Part shown: one piece after another, positions 1-13,712 of the stretch
Layout: the number at the start of each line of letters is the position of its first letter
Position numbering within the stretch: the stretch's first letter is position 1
Assembly: GCF_037042905.1 (NCBI RefSeq)
Contig: NC_087245.1
Location: 17,734,001 to 17,798,000 of the forward strand
DNA from: Lytechinus pictus
Lineage: Eukaryota
Direction of reading: 5' to 3'
Length of the DNA stretch: 64,000 nt
Notes under the pieces: model-generated
The model's database searches: none
Told to the model about the DNA's origin: nothing
The model's input: the letters and a program-made list of their open reading frames with translations, nothing else
Translations under genes and position numbers: made by a program

Positions 1-223
1 GGGCGCCACCTATTGCTGTCCTTTACCAGGAAACGAAACAAAACTGTTTATTCATATTTATTCATCAAAACCTAATAGACAATCATTATTCGGAGTTGTT
101 AAAACTCATATTAGTGAAAAGTGCGTAAGTTTCGGTATTTTACATCAAATCCAGACAATAACAGACTGTCATGAAAATAGCATTTTTCTCGTGACAATTT
201 TATTTCCACTCTACAAAATCCCA

Positions 224-435
224 GCCATGGCGTAATTTCTTTCAGCAAGAAATTTATCCACATTGTGCTGCACTCAACCCAGGTGAGGTGAATGGGTACC
301 CGGTAGGAAGAAATTCCTTGAAGGCTTGAGCAGCCCAGCTAAAGCCAGGGTTATAATAATAGCAGGGCCCGCTGGGAGAACAGTTTCAGAACTGAAGTGG
401 CTTCCTGGGTAAATATACCTATATAACTATATTAT
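224..435 (+). mobile_element. SINE body fragment (probably tRNA-derived, 5' truncated)
   Basis: Contains CTGCACTCAACCCAGGTGAGGTGAATGGGTACC, resembling the CCCAGGTG..AATGGGTAC core of invertebrate SINE superfamilies; ends in a (TAT)n-like tail. Boundaries approximate. Confidence 0.45.
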
Positions 436-479
436 TATAAAATACGTACCTTTTAAATTTATCTTTGATACAACCGATG

Positions 480-945
480 TAGAAGCTTGGCTATTATAGT
501 ATGACGTATAAATTTATATGTCTCTCTCTCACTTACACACTCCGATTCATAGAAAACATTAAACAGTTCAAACGGGAAATGGCTAAATGGGAAAAAACCT
601 TTAATATGTAATAGGGACTAATGGTGGAATCTATTTTATTCTTTCTCCTCATTTTGTACATATTTTATCTCTTTTCATGTGTATATAATGTTTTCGTTTA
701 GTTTTAGGTAACATCTGTACAGTATCATATTTTATTTGTTCTGTTATTTCCCATAGTTAATTATGCTTATTTCATTTCATTTTTTTGTTTCAATATTAGT
801 ATTTATGCTCTATTCTTTGTTTATATTTGAATATGTTACCATGTTTTATATTTGTGTTTGTTCACGAAGGGCCTCAACGAAAACCAGCTTGTTGCTGATT
901 GAGCTACCCTTCTTTTAAATATTTGAAATAAATAAATAAATAAAT
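480..945 (+). mobile_element. LINE 3' end (L2/CR1-like 3'UTR)
   Basis: T-rich 3'UTR-like tract, short GC-containing terminal segment, then an (AAAT)n tail at about 927-945. Confidence 0.35.
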
Positions 946-1169
946 GTGCTCATCACTCCTGGTGCTCATATTGTCTGATTAGATACATAATCCCGTTCAA
1001 GAGGATTAAATGGAGCCATGCATTTTCAAGTCATACACCAAATATTTTTCCTCGAGCGCTCGCCAGGCCTAATTCGCTTTGTGAATTAGGATATCCCTCG
1101 CTTCGCTCGGGAAGCAGCCGCCAGTGCCTCGACAAGAGGCTACGTCAGTGGCTGTTCAGACGGTGACCC

Positions 1170-1510
1170 GACAATTGCTCCGCCGACATCTGCTCCGCCG
1201 ACAATTGCTACGCAAAATACGACAACTGCTCCGCCGACAATTGCTCCGGACAGTTGCTCCGCCGACAGTTGCTCCGTCGACACTTGCTCCGCCGATATTT
1301 GCTCCGTCGACACTTGCTCCACCGATATTTGCTCCGTCGACATCTGCTCTGCCGATATTTGCTCCGCCGACAATTGCTCCTCCGATAATTGCTCCGCCGA
1401 CATTTGCTCCGATTATACGACAATTGCTCCGCCGATATTTGCTCCGCCAAAATCTGCTCCGTCAATATTTGCTCCGCCGACTTCTGCTCCGCCGTAAATT
1501 GCTCCGATAA
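1170..1510 (+). repeat. 15-bp tandem array (GACAATTGCTCCGCC)n, left TIR
   Basis: Directly visible; source of the 5-aa periodic spurious ORFs. Confidence 0.97.
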
Positions 1511-1637
1511 TGCGACATTTATATATATTTATTCATCTATTCGTACTTTCATGCGCGTAACAATTGTAGCACAGGATGAAAACGTCAATGCAAAGTAAAC
1601 TTAAACTATGCTTGCATGATATATTACATGACATACA

Positions 1638-1769
1638 CAGGGGGCGCGGAACGGTTTTCAAAGTGGGGGCTGACCATGCTAAAAATCACAATCATATGGT
1701 AATTTTTACGTTTTTGTACACGGTTTTGGAAAAAAAATTGGGGCTGAACCCCCCAGCTCCCGGCCCCTG
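1638..1769. mobile_element. Short CAGGGG-ended MITE nested in the TU-like element
   Basis: CAGGGGG...CCCCTG ends; 5-bp TSD ATACA at 1633-1637 and 1770-1774. Confidence 0.65.
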
Positions 1770-2683
1770 ATACATAACATAGAAAGAAGTAGGAAAAATG
1801 GATAAGCACAAAGGAGGCATAGATATTCTTAATTTCTTATTCCTTGGGGGCATTTGTTTAAGTTTTATTACGTGCCTGGTGATTAAAATGAAAAAAATTA
1901 CGCGTGTTCATGTAATTATTATGACAGTACAAAGAAAACTTCTTAGCGTCAAAATCGCTCTGGCGAAATATGCTCCGAAGTGGAGATATTTGCTCCAGGT
2001 GAAATTCAATAGGTATGCTTCATGTTTACAATTAAAAAAAAATGCGTATAAATGTCCCATTTCCAGGTTGATAACAGCTCGCGCTTCGTGCTCGCATTAT
2101 AAATTCAGTGCGATGCGTTATTGGGTTTCATGAATATGTAACTATATTATTACTGGTATGTATATGTATTATTTCTTTTAAAAACAACATTATTTGTTTA
2201 TACGTTATGGGAGATACATTCATTTATTGAAATATATTTATATTGTTGCTATTGCACAGAATAGAAAAAAATACAACCGAAGTCTCGTCTTATAGTAACT
2301 CACCAGTAGCGTAATGAGCCAAAAAACAAAAAAAATGTAGGGGGCCAGACAAGGATGACATTTAGTTTCCTTTCCTTTATTTTTTTTGTTGGTAGGGAGA
2401 ATGGGGAGGGGATCCGTGACCCCTAGCACGCCCCTCCCCTATCTGTACGCCAGTGATGATCATGCTTTCGTTTGAATGAAAAAAGGTGCAAGGGTAGATA
2501 AAGCCCAAGACGTATTAAAAAATATTGATAAAAATATTAATAATTATAATGCTGATAAATGTAAAATAAATCAAGCGGTAACCAATGAAAATAAATAGTG
2601 TGAAAGAACAAAACGAGAAAGAGGGAGAGAGAGAGGGGGGGCGCGCGAATGTATGGTGTATAAGTTGCTGGAAAGCAGAAGAG

Positions 2684-4546
2684 CAGGGGCGGATCCAGCC
2701 TTCGCCAATAGGGGGGGGGGCGGGGTTTTTTAAACCATTGATTTTGGTCTCTTTGAAGGGGTAGTCCTAATAATCACTTCTTAGCTTTATTATAAATCAA
2801 CATAAATATATAATATCATAATCCTTATCCATATAATGCGAGCGCAAAGCGCGAGCTAAATTTTTAAGGAAATTTTATGTATTTTTCCTAAAATTTGAAC
2901 ATTCTGGTCAATGTTTGTTATCCTGAAAAAGATGTGTATGCAACCAAATAATTACTACGAACGCGAAGCGCGAGCAGAAATGAACTGATGGAAAAGGTAC
3001 CTGTTAAATATTGCTTGCAGTTAGCCATGAAGACGTTAAATACTTTAAAAATCAAATAATGCGAGCGCGAGATTTAGACCTACTGAACGAGACACTCTAT
3101 GTTTTGTAAATCATGAAAAGGATGAGTAATTGGGAATCTTCCTTACATTAATAATGCGAGCCCAAAGCGCAAGCAGAAAATGTTTATATGTATACATTTT
3201 AATGTGATCGAAAAGGTACCTATTAAGGACTGCTTGCACTTAGCCATGAAGACGCTACATATTTCAACAATCAAATAATGCGAGCGCAAAGCGCGAGCTG
3301 AAAAATTTTGAAATTTCTACAAAAAGAATGGAAAATTTCAATCAATTTTTGTAATCGTGAGCAGGATGGCTATATAACTAACCAATTTATACGAGCGCGA
3401 AGCGCGAGGGGAAAAATCGAGATTTCGACCTAAAACGGGACACTCTATTCATGTTTTGTAAATCATGAAAAGAATGAGTAATATGGGATCTTCCTAATTT
3501 GATAATGCGAGCACAAAGCGCGAGCAGAAAATTTTTGATATTGTGATCTGAAACTGGATAATGATTTAAATAGATTAAACTTTTTGATATTCCGACCAAA
3601 AAACAGAGTCAATTTCAAGCACTTTGTAGGGAAATTGTGAGTTGGATATGGATTGCATTTAATAAAGAGCTGATATGTTCTATTATTACTTTGAGTTTTG
3701 ACATATAGGACCGGGACATCCTCAGGACATGCCATCATATGAAAATGATGACTATTTTCCTATTTCTCATGCTAAGCGCGAGACAAAACAAAAGGGACAA
3801 TTTAATTTCTAAATCAATATCTTACTCATTAATGCCTAATGACGGCACGAAATCTGATGATATTATAGTCTGAAAACTGGACATTTCAAGCACTTTTGTA
3901 GTCATGAATAGGATGCATCAGTTAATACATTGTCAACCATTAATGCAAGCGGCAAATCGCGAGCCAAATTTTTTGATAAACTGTCATTAAATGGGGATTT
4001 TAAGTAGTTTATTTGTATATTCAATATTGAGACATACATAACTCTCCATTCAAATGCGAGTGCAGCGCTAGCTGATACGTTTTGACAATCAGACCTGAAA
4101 AGGGATATTTTGAAAACTGTACGGAATACACGAAAATAATAGGTACCTGATGAATCAAAATTTGCGAGTGCGCAGCGCGAGCAGAAAATATTAAAAATCA
4201 GACCATAAAACTGACATTTTTACAGAGCACTTTTTAAAAATCAATTTGTAAATCACACAAAATAATGAAAGTTCGATTCCCGAGGTGAAATATGTTTTGT
4301 ATATTGACTTCCAAACTTGATATTTGAACTCCATAATTATTGAACAAGATATGAAAATCCCCTAACAAGCAATTTTATACAGTGACATGAAAGATTCTTT
4401 TTATTTTCCAAGTCTTTCCCTCATCTTATTTTATTTACTCGTCTTCCTCCTCTTCTTTTTACTCTTCTCTTTTCCATCTTTTTTTTTTGCTCCGCCAATA
4501 GTTTGGGGGGGCGGGCCCCTCGGCCCCTCCCCTGGATCCGCCTATG
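2684..4546 (+). mobile_element. hAT-like non-autonomous element (CAGGGGCGGATCCAG TIR) with GCGCGAAGCGC subrepeats
   Basis: TIRs CAGGGGCGGATCCAG / CTGGATCCGCCTATG; 6-bp TSD GAAGAG on both sides; internal degenerate repeats. Confidence 0.85.
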
Positions 4547-4839
4547 GAAGAGATATTGTGTCCAGCACCCCCCCCCCCCCCATTCTCTCCCCGGTCAAGT
4601 CCGGATTGAAACCAATGATAATAATATATGAACAAAAATCCAGATTCACAATTTCAATGGGGAGGGTGTCATTCCCCTTCTGCGTTACAATTTGTCAAGT
4701 GGCGGCGGCAGGGAGAACATTTTTTTTTTAAGCAGAAAGCTGTGATGATAGGGGAGAAATAAATAAATAAATAAATAAAACATTAACGAATAATAAGAAG
4801 AAAAAAAAAACAATTTGTATAAGGTGTTCATGCAATTGT

Positions 4840-5166
4840 ATTGTCGGAGCACATGACGGCGGAGCAATTTTCGGCGGAGCAATTATCGGCGGAGCAGATT
4901 TTGGCGGAGCAAATATCGGCGGAGCAATTGTCGTATAATCGGAGCAGATGTCGGCGGAGCAATTATCGGCGGAGCAATGGTCGGCGGAGCAAATATCGGC
5001 GGAGCAGATGTCGACGGAGCAAATATCGGCGGAGCAAGTGTCGACGGAGCAAATATCGGCGGAGCAAGTGTCGACGGAGCAACTGTCCGGAGCAATTGTC
5101 GGCGGAGCAGTTGTCGTATTTTGCGTAGCAATTGTCGGCGGAGCAGATGTCGGCGGAGCAATTGTC
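4840..5166 (-). repeat. 15-bp tandem array, inverted copy (right TIR)
   Basis: Reverse complement of 1170-1510, including the diagnostic variant GCTACGCAAAATACGAC. Confidence 0.97.
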
Positions 5167-5242
5167 ATGGAACCGTTCAGACAGCAGCATCAAATGCAGC
5201 ACCATCAACCGGAAAAATTATGCAATAAAAATGATTTCTACA

Positions 5243-5305
5243 GGAGCACCTCAAGGCTCAGTCCTTGGGCCGCTGCTATTTACCATCTTTATTAACGATC
5301 TACCA
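5243..5305 (+). mobile_element. LINE reverse-transcriptase fragment (CR1/L2 type)
   Basis: Translates GAPQGSVLGPLLFTIFINDLP, the canonical non-LTR RT motif. Confidence 0.85.
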
Positions 5306-5544
5306 ATACAAGTCGAGACGTTTTTTCATGTACTGTTGTAATGTTTGGTCTAATCGATTTCTAAACAATAACGAAATAAGCACATAACGAAATAAGCACA
5401 ATAACGATGAGCACATAGACCCTATGCACATTATTTTTCATCAACTGCACAAGCGTGCAGCGTTTAGGGCTATTAGCCTATATCCGGTTTCTCTTGGATG
5501 ACCCCATCAAAACAGGTATTTTATCAACTTACAACCAGCACCAA

Positions 5545-5835
5545 AAAAATGTTGATTTGATTTGAATAAAAAGAGAAAATCAAACAAGCATAACACTTAA
5601 AATTTCATCAGAATCGGTTGTAAAATGAGAAAGTTATGACATTTTAAAGTTTTGCTTAATTTCACAAAACAGTTATACAAATACTGGTCGGTATGCAAAT
5701 GAGGAGACTGGTGATGCCATCCACTCACTATTTCTTTGTATTTTAGTATATGAAATATGTAATATTCTAATTTTCTCCTCATCGTCAAGTGAAATAACGA
5801 TTAATTACTCCCTGAACCCGTGGAATTAACATTGT
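5545..5835 (+). mobile_element. Partial copy of the Kolobok-like MITE at 35068-35650
   Basis: Shares AAATTTCATCA.AATC..TGTAAAAT..GAAAG.TATGACATT and downstream sequence with the 35068 element. Confidence 0.65.
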
Positions 5836-6750
5836 ATAGATGTGGACGTCATTGGACGAAACTGGGTCGACGGACGAACTAACGGACAATTTGGTCGAAA
5901 TGATTATGTCGGGGCACTGTGGGCAATGGTAATGGACCTGAATCAGCAAAGCCCCCCCCCCCCCCCCCAAAAAAAAAAAAAAAAAAAACGAAAGAAGGAA
6001 GGAAAGAAAAATGGGCTAAGGTAATCATTTTCAATGGGGTTTTATTGACCAAATGTCGTATATTCCCTGGAATCTTTCCGTCATCTGCCAAAAGAAAAAA
6101 AAAGACACCTTTGTTTCAAGACTCGTGAAATTTACAAACATTTTTAGGCGTAATTCATATATTCCCATGTCCCACTTTTTTAATACATTTTTTAGTTATT
6201 TATCTGCATCTTCACTTCGTTGTTGCGTTGTTTTAAGTTATACTAATTGTCTTGTTATTGTATTTCTATATCATAAAAGCCAAGTCCACCCCAATAATCA
6301 AGAAGTGGATTTGGAGAAAGTGGAGAAAAATCTCGGAGAAAAATCAAACTACTATAATTATAACGCTGCATCATGAGACGGCTATTCTGATTGGAGGTTT
6401 GCTAGGCATTTAATTAATTAAAGTTCTCATCGAGGAAAAATTCTTCATCGCGGTCAAGTGTTAAATAATGCTTGATCGAGAGCTCAATATCTCTCTAAAT
6501 TATTGTGGTGGCAGCATACTATTTTTAAAAGGTTATTTTGATAGGGTCTCGCGTTACAATAGAGACGGACACATTACCTCAAAAGGCAAATCCTTGATGG
6601 GCCTATTTAAAGTGACCCATTTTGCAAATTGCATGTCTTTTCTCTAAACACTCTGTTGGGACGGATCTGACTATTCATGAATTTGGTGGAGAAAATGTTA
6701 TGTTTCTCTTTAAAAAAAACGAAAGACAAATCAAACACACCAATCAATCA

Positions 6751-8257
6751 CAGGCGCGGATCCAAGGCCCCCCCCCCCCCTATTTTTTGGCAACCAAAAA
6801 AAAAGTCCTTTTAATTTGAGGGAAACGCTGAAAAACATAAAGAAAAGTACGAAGGAGGTATTATACCCATGTTTAATTTACAACCTCGTAACGGCCGGCC
6901 CGATCTCAACAGGCCGACCTACTGGAAGTGGCACCGCATTCTGTATTCACTGTAGGTAAACCACGCTACCGCAACTGCGCTAATGAAAGACATTCTCCTG
7001 CACACGGGTTTCTTGCACTCCATCAACGGCCGATTAGCTCTGCATAGGAGGATTACCATATTGGGTGCACAAGTAGGCCGTAAAACAATACGTAAACAAT
7101 CCTTAAAATATCCGGTTTTCAGGCCGATTTCAAGGTCTCATTAATATTAGATTGATAAATAAGGTAACAGTTTCATGAGTTCCTAATAATGAAATTGTCA
7201 CTTTTTCAGAATAAAATATCGATATCGACAAGTTTCATCTCGCGTTTAGGAAGAGGAATAAGAAAATAGTCATTTTCATATGATGACAAAATGTCCTTAT
7301 TACAATTTCCCCGTTTGCTTCGTCTAAATATCTAAATAATAATTTAAAAAAAATGGCTTGCGCTTCGCGCTCGCATCGAGTACGATTCATATTAACTTCA
7401 CAATCCTACGATGATTGAAATAGTGCTTAAATTGACCCTTTTTAGATCGCCATCGATTTTTTCAGCTTGCGCTTTATTGATTTTCATAGTAAAAGAAATG
7501 TATCTAGAATGCCCAGATTCTATTAGGTCTAAACCCCAAAGCACGCAGTTTGTTCTTTATTTATAACGTGCTTAATTGAATTATCCAGTTTCATTTCAGA
7601 ATAGCGCATATCGCTCGCATTATTAATGTAGGAAGATACCCCAAAAGTCATTCTTTTCGAGATTAACAAAACATGAATAGTGTGTCCCGTTTTTAGGTGT
7701 AAATCTCATTTTTTTGGCTCGCGCTTCGCGCTCGCATAAAAAGTTTAGGTTACCTATCCTGTATAAATATGATTACAAAAGTGCTTAGAATGTCCAATTT
7801 ATAGGTCAAAATGTCAAAAGATTTCAGCTCGCGCTTCGCGCTCGCATTATTAGATTATTAAAATATATTGTTTTCATGGGTATAACTGCAAACAGTACTT
7901 ACGGTCTGTTTTCCATCATGCCAGAACGCATATTAAAAATTTCTGCTCGCGATTCGCGCTCGCTGTAATTGTTTAGTTACATACACATCGTTCACGATCA
8001 AAATCATTGCTCAGAATGTTCAGTTTTTAGGACAAAATATATGTTATTTCCTTTTAAAAAATTGCTCGCGCTCGTACTATTCAATCAGGGCTTACATGAC
8101 ATTATTTATGTTTTGTGAGAATAAAGCTAAGTGACTGTTAGGACTACCCCCTTCAAAGAAACAAATAAAAATCAACTTTGAGCGGCCAATCGGGGAAAGT
8201 ATGGGTAATTTTTTTCGGCCCCCCCCCCCCTATTGGCGAAAGCTGGATCCGCCCCTG
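6751..8257 (-). mobile_element. hAT-like non-autonomous element, same family as 2684-4546, inverted
   Basis: TIRs CAGGCGCGGATCC / GGATCCGCCCCTG; right end is the reverse complement of the 2684 left end (CTATTGGCGAA.GCTGGATCC); 5-bp flanking duplication AATCA. Confidence 0.8.
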
Positions 8258-8938
8258 AATCAGACTAGGAAAAAGGAAAAGCTTAACAAGCAACAACAAG
8301 CACGGCGACTCAACATCCCAACTTTTTAACTACGTGATCATTCAAGAAAAATAAGCACTTGTAAACAAAATAATTACGGTTCGATGACTTCAATTTATAA
8401 TTAAAATGATTCAAAGGCTTTCTTTGACAAATTTACAGAGTGCTTACAACTCAAAGAAATGCCTGTATGATTTATCCAATAAATTGAAGACAGTAAATAA
8501 AGTTATGTCGAATATTCAAAGAAATAGGAGCTCTATCAGTTTATAACAGAGTAATTGATTAAGTAATAAAATAGGATATCAACTTCAAAATTCTGTGAAG
8601 ACTCGCAGCTAAGCAAAAGCGTTGAGAAGTTGACTTGTCTGCAAAAGTTTGATCTACTTGGTGAATTGAGTTGTTCGATCTGAACTTGGAATGATGAAAT
8701 AGGTCTGCCGTGTACATCGAAGAGTGTAAACTCGTCTAGATGAATCATCGATATCAGGACAAAAACTCGTCAATGGTGAGGGTCTCAGTGGTGCCCGATG
8801 AATATCAGGAAAAAGAAGTAGGTAAAAAGTCAGCTAAAAAAGGAGTCCATTTCTCCTCTACAAAAAGAAACCCAGACTGCATCGGTGAGGTTCGCTGTTG
8901 GGAGCTAAGCCGACGATCTCGGGGAGATATTGGTTCAA

Positions 8939-11935
8939 TAGACGGGTCAATTTACGACCAAAAATACCCTTACCCGGAACAAATTGCAACAAATGATCTT
9001 TCATCGGTTTTTTGTACTATTTGACCTCAGGAATAACATACTAAAAATCTACCAAAATCTGCATCCGGGACTGAGTGATTATTTTCAACATGGCGTCCAA
9101 GATGGCCGCAATTCACTGAAAATGGATACAACTGACTTATTATCCACCCTAGAATCCTATTTCGGTTAATAATCCATGGTCTAGGGGTAAAAAAATGTTG
9201 ATACAGGCTAAAGTGAATTATAGCCCCTCCAGTGTACCTGGCAAATCCAAGATGGCGCCCAAAATGGCTGCCGTAGACTGAAAATCCTCAATTCATCTAA
9301 GTGGCTTTAATTTTGTTTTTATTCAATGGTTTTTAGGGTGAAGTAGTACATTTGAACAAGTTACAAGGACAGCCAGTGGTCTAGTGTGTCCAAAAATCCA
9401 AGATGGCTTCAAAAAATGTTTAAAATGGCTGTTGATCATTAAAATGGACATAGTTCATTTCATATCCGCCTGGGACATAATGATGTGTGTGTCTATGCCA
9501 TAGTTAAATGGGTCAAATAATACATTGGGACAAGTTACAAGGAAAGTCAGTGGTCTAGTATGTGCAAAAATCCGCGATGGGTTCCAAATATTGAGTCTGA
9601 AATGGCTGCTAATACTTAAAGCGGACATAACTCATTTCATTTTGGCATGGGAGATGTGACTTCAATGTCTAAACCACTGGTTTCAAGGGTCAAATAATAC
9701 AAAAGGATAAGTTACAAGGACTGTCAGTGATCTGATATGTCCAAAAATCGAAGATGGCTTCCAAAAATTGATCTTAAAAATAGGCTGCTTATTCTTTAAG
9801 CGGACAAAGCTCATTTCATATTGGCCCGAGAGATGTGATTTTGGTATCTAAACCACAGTGGTTTCAAGGGTCAATTAATACATTAGGACAAGTTACAAGG
9901 ACAGTCAGTCGCCTGGTATTTAAAAAAACGTATGTTGGCTTCCAAAAATTAATTCTAAATTGACTGCTGTTACTTAAAGCGGGCATAGCTTATTTCATAT
10001 CGGCCTGGGATATGCGATTTTGGTGTCTAAACCACTGGTTTCAAGGGTCAAAATATTCATTAGGACAAGTTTTAAGGACAGTCAGTGGTCTGGTATGACC
10101 AAAAATCCAATATGGCTTCCAAAAATTGATTATAAAATGGCTGCTGATACTTAAAAGTGGTATAGCTCATTTTATATCCGCCTGTGATTTGATTTCGGTG
10201 TCTAAACTATGGTTTTAAGGGTCAAATCATATATTAGGACAAGTTACAATGACAGTCAGTGATCTAGTATGTCCGAAATTCCAAGATGGCTTCCAAAAAT
10301 GGAGTAAAAATATGTCTGATGTTACTAATAAAATGAGATAGTTTGTTCAATATGTGTCTGGGGAATATGAGTTCGGTGTCTAAACCATGGTTTAAAGGGC
10401 CTAGTAATACACTAGGGTTAGTTACAAGATGACTTAAAAAATGGGGTGAAACTTGACTGTTGTTACTTAAAATTATACATAGTTTATTACAAATACACCT
10501 CGGAGGTATGATTTTACTGTCTACACTAGAGTTTAAAGGGTCAAGTAATACATTGGGTTAAATTGAAAGGACAGTCAGATGTCAGGTATGTCCGAAAATT
10601 GAAGATGGCTTTAAAATTGGGGGTCTTAAATGACTGTTGTTACTTAAAATTAGATAGAGAACATTACAAATACACATTGGGGATATTATTTTGGTATCTA
10701 CACTAGGGTTTCAAGGGTAAAAAATACTTTGTGACTGGTTACCATGATATGCAGTTATCCATTTTGCCTTAAAATCCAAGTTGGCTGTAAAAATGGGTTG
10801 TAAAGTGACTGCTGTTAATTAAAAATTGACATAGTTCATACAATATCCACCTGTGAAAAATAATCTTGGTGCCTACACTTAAATGCATGGGGATAAATTA
10901 TCATATTGTTTCATGAGTTGGTCACAGCACCCATTTTGATGAAATTTTAGAATCCGCCATGGATTTTTTGGACAAAATGGAATACTAACCATCCTTATTA
11001 CTTGTCCGAATGTATCATTTGACCCTTCATACCAAAATTTAAACACCAACATTGTTTCTTACAGATAGATATTGCAGAACTCTGACCATTATTGAGTGAT
11101 ATGAATCGTTTTAGATGTCTTTTTTGAAAACCCTCTTGGACAACTGCATATCCATGTAACCAGTCCAAACGTATTATTTCAACCATGAAACCAAAGTGTG
11201 TACACCGAAATCATATCTTCTTGGTGGATTTTAAATGAACTATGTCAATTTTTAAAGTAACAGCAGTCACTTTAGACTCCGATTTTTTGGAAGCCATCTT
11301 GGAATGACGACATACTGGACCACTGACTGTCCTTGTAACTAATTTTCTGACTTTTAAAACCATGGTAAAGACATCAAAATCATATACCCTTGATGGATAT
11401 TACATGAGCTATATCCATTTGTAAATACCAGCGGCTAATTTATACTATTTTTTAAGCCACTGTGGACTTTTGAGCAAACTTGACCACCCTTCGTCCTTGT
11501 AACTTATCCCAATGTATTATTTGACAATTGAAAGCATGGTCTACACACCGAAATCATATCTCCCAGGTGGATATTATATGAGCTATGTCAATTTTAAGTA
11601 TCAACAGCCATTTTAAACTCAATTTTTGGAAGCCAGCGTGGATTTTTGGACACACCAGACCACTGGCTGTCATTGTAACTTGTACCGATGTACTACTTCA
11701 CCATCAAAACCATTGAATGAAAACAAAATTAAAGCCACTTAAGTAAGTAATAGATGAATTTTTGGTTTTTTAGCCTCCGGAAGCCATTTTGGGCGCCATC
11801 TTGGAATTTCCTGGTACCCAAGAACGCTAATATTCACTCTAACTTGTATCAATAAATTATTTTACCCACTGGAACATGGAATATGTACCTAAATAGGATT
11901 CTAGGGTGGATAATGAGTGAGTGAGTTATATCATT
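8939..11935. mobile_element. Academ-like non-autonomous element with long repeat-built inverted arms, right end truncated
   Basis: Starts TAGACGGG; about 150-180-bp tandem units containing TCCAAGATGGC on the left (9100-10850), inverted units (GCCATCTTGG) on the right; TATCCACCCTAGAATCCTATTT near 9141 mirrored near 11891-11912. Superfamily inferred from the TAG terminus. Confidence 0.6.
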
Positions 11936-12721
11936 TTGCGTAACCAAGAAAAACATTATTTACATAATATTACTCAGTCCGTGTCTCTTAGGGTTCAACA
12001 CGTATCGGAAATGCTTTCTTTTGAAATTCATCTGCTGTTCGGAAAATACTGTCTTTAATAATAACAGTGGGAAATTTCTTTGCGTCCAACAAAAAAAAAT
12101 CCAAATTGCTTTTGATTCTTTTTTTTTATACACATTATCACATTTCAGGCTTCTTTGATATCATAAAATAAACTCAGAAATTGTCACTACAACTCTCTAA
12201 ATGTAAACTGAAACTAATCAAACTAATTACTGTGTCAGAGTTGTGTAAAGGGCCTATCCCATTCAACAAAATCTAAGGCAATATTTTTTTATTTTGCTTA
12301 AATCTGTTTGCCAGAGTGCACATATTGACTCTAATCCTCGGTAAACTTCAGCAAAAGTTGCCATAATTAAGCGAACCTGTAAATAAAATTATCGTTTATA
12401 CCATCACGACAACTTGATACTTTATATATAGTGTATACCAATTTGATGAGCATCAATAGCAAAGGCCAGAAATTGCAGAATAAATATAATATTCATGAAC
12501 TTCTTTGTGATAGCTAATTATGTTCTTCATACAAACGTCCTTGGCTCGATGGCGTTATTCTCCCATGCAGCGGATGGGAGGCCTCGATATGTTGATATCA
12601 TTACTGTAACAACGGCACATTCAGATGAACACATTCTTCATTCCGAGAGAGGAACTATACCTCTTTCACACTTTACGAAACTATTTGAAGATTTCCTTAT
12701 GCTGCTCTCAGGACTCGGTGC

Positions 12722-12745
12722 ATGAAAAAAACATCAGTAATCATG
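12722..12745 (+). CDS. FReD gene coding exon 1 (MKKTSVIM)
   Basis: Two in-frame ATGs followed by a GTAAG donor, phase 0, compatible with exon 2. Confidence 0.6.
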
Positions 12746-13213
12746 GTAAGCTCATATTTTCTATTATTTTTATTATTATCATTATCGCGGATTTCATATA
12801 TGTCATTTTATCATGGACATAATTACGGTTTCATGATGTTTACTGTTACTTTTTAGGCCAATTTTCCATTTCCTTTCTTGGTCAATGAAAAAATGAACTA
12901 AAATGGTTGCCTGATATGTACATGTTGCACTCCTGTATTTATCACCCCCCCCCCCCTTATCTCTCCCTATCCCTCTCTCTCCCTCTCCCTACCTCCTCCC
13001 CCCCCCCTCTCTCTTTCCCCTGTCTCTTTCTCCCCCTCTCTCTGCCATGTTGTTTTAGAAGCAAGCTATACCTTAAATATATATAACAAGTCCTTATTTT
13101 TTTTAATGTTTGATTTATTTTACGGGAAATACAGAGAATTTATTTTGTATTCAGTTACGTCCATCATAATCGTCATGGAATTCTTGTTTGATAACTCTTT
13201 CTGCTTCTTTCAG

Positions 13214-13283
13214 TCTGTCGTATGCTCATCACAGAGGCTGCCTATTTTCCTGTTCCTCATTCCAGCGAGTTTCGTTCATGGTG
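13214..13283 (+). CDS. FReD gene exon 2, signal peptide
   Basis: Polypyrimidine-CAG acceptor, GTAAG donor, hydrophobic SVVCSSQRLPIFLFLIPASFVHG, phase 1 matching exon 3. Confidence 0.75.
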
Positions 13284-13545
13284 GTAAGTTTGAATTTTAT
13301 ATTTTGACCCTATTTTGTTATTACTTGTATTGACATGATTACAAACAAAACAGATCACATAATTACTGTAGACAACAAAGAAAACAATATAGAAGAATAA
13401 CTAAAATAATAATCAGAATAACAATATCAATAAAAACATAAAGTGACCCTGATTTTATTCATACACTTTCTTCTTATAATATTTTTGCGATTTATAAATC
13501 GTGGTATAATCTATGTGAAGAGAATGGGCCGTTTACATTGACGAG

Positions 13546-13617
13546 CAGGGGCGTCGATCCATTTTTCAGATTGGGGGGGGCAATATCATTAACGTTCCAA
13601 AGGCGCTCGATCGTACA

Positions 13618-13654
<37 letters not shown>

Positions 13655-13678
13655 TACATATATATATATATTATATAT

Positions 13679-13712
<34 letters not shown>

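Larger units (their letters stand above)
1162..5174. mobile_element. TU-like foldback DNA transposon, non-autonomous, 4.0 kb
   Basis: Termini GGTGACCCGACAATTGCTCC / GGAGCAATTGTCATGGAACC; inverted arrays of 15-bp repeats; 8-bp TSD GTTCAGAC at 1154-1161 and 5175-5182. Matches the described architecture of sea-urchin TU elements (15-bp outer-domain repeats, 8-bp TSD). Confidence 0.85.

Noticed and set aside
1124..5295. Repetitive ORFs (APPTI / SAEQL / LLRRQ) as mucin or antifreeze-like proteins
   Set aside because: Open in most frames on both strands because the 15-bp unit lacks stops; they are TIR arrays.
12945..13045. Polypyrimidine (CT-rich) tract in intron 1 as a regulatory element
   Set aside because: Common low-complexity sequence; no supporting evidence from sequence alone.
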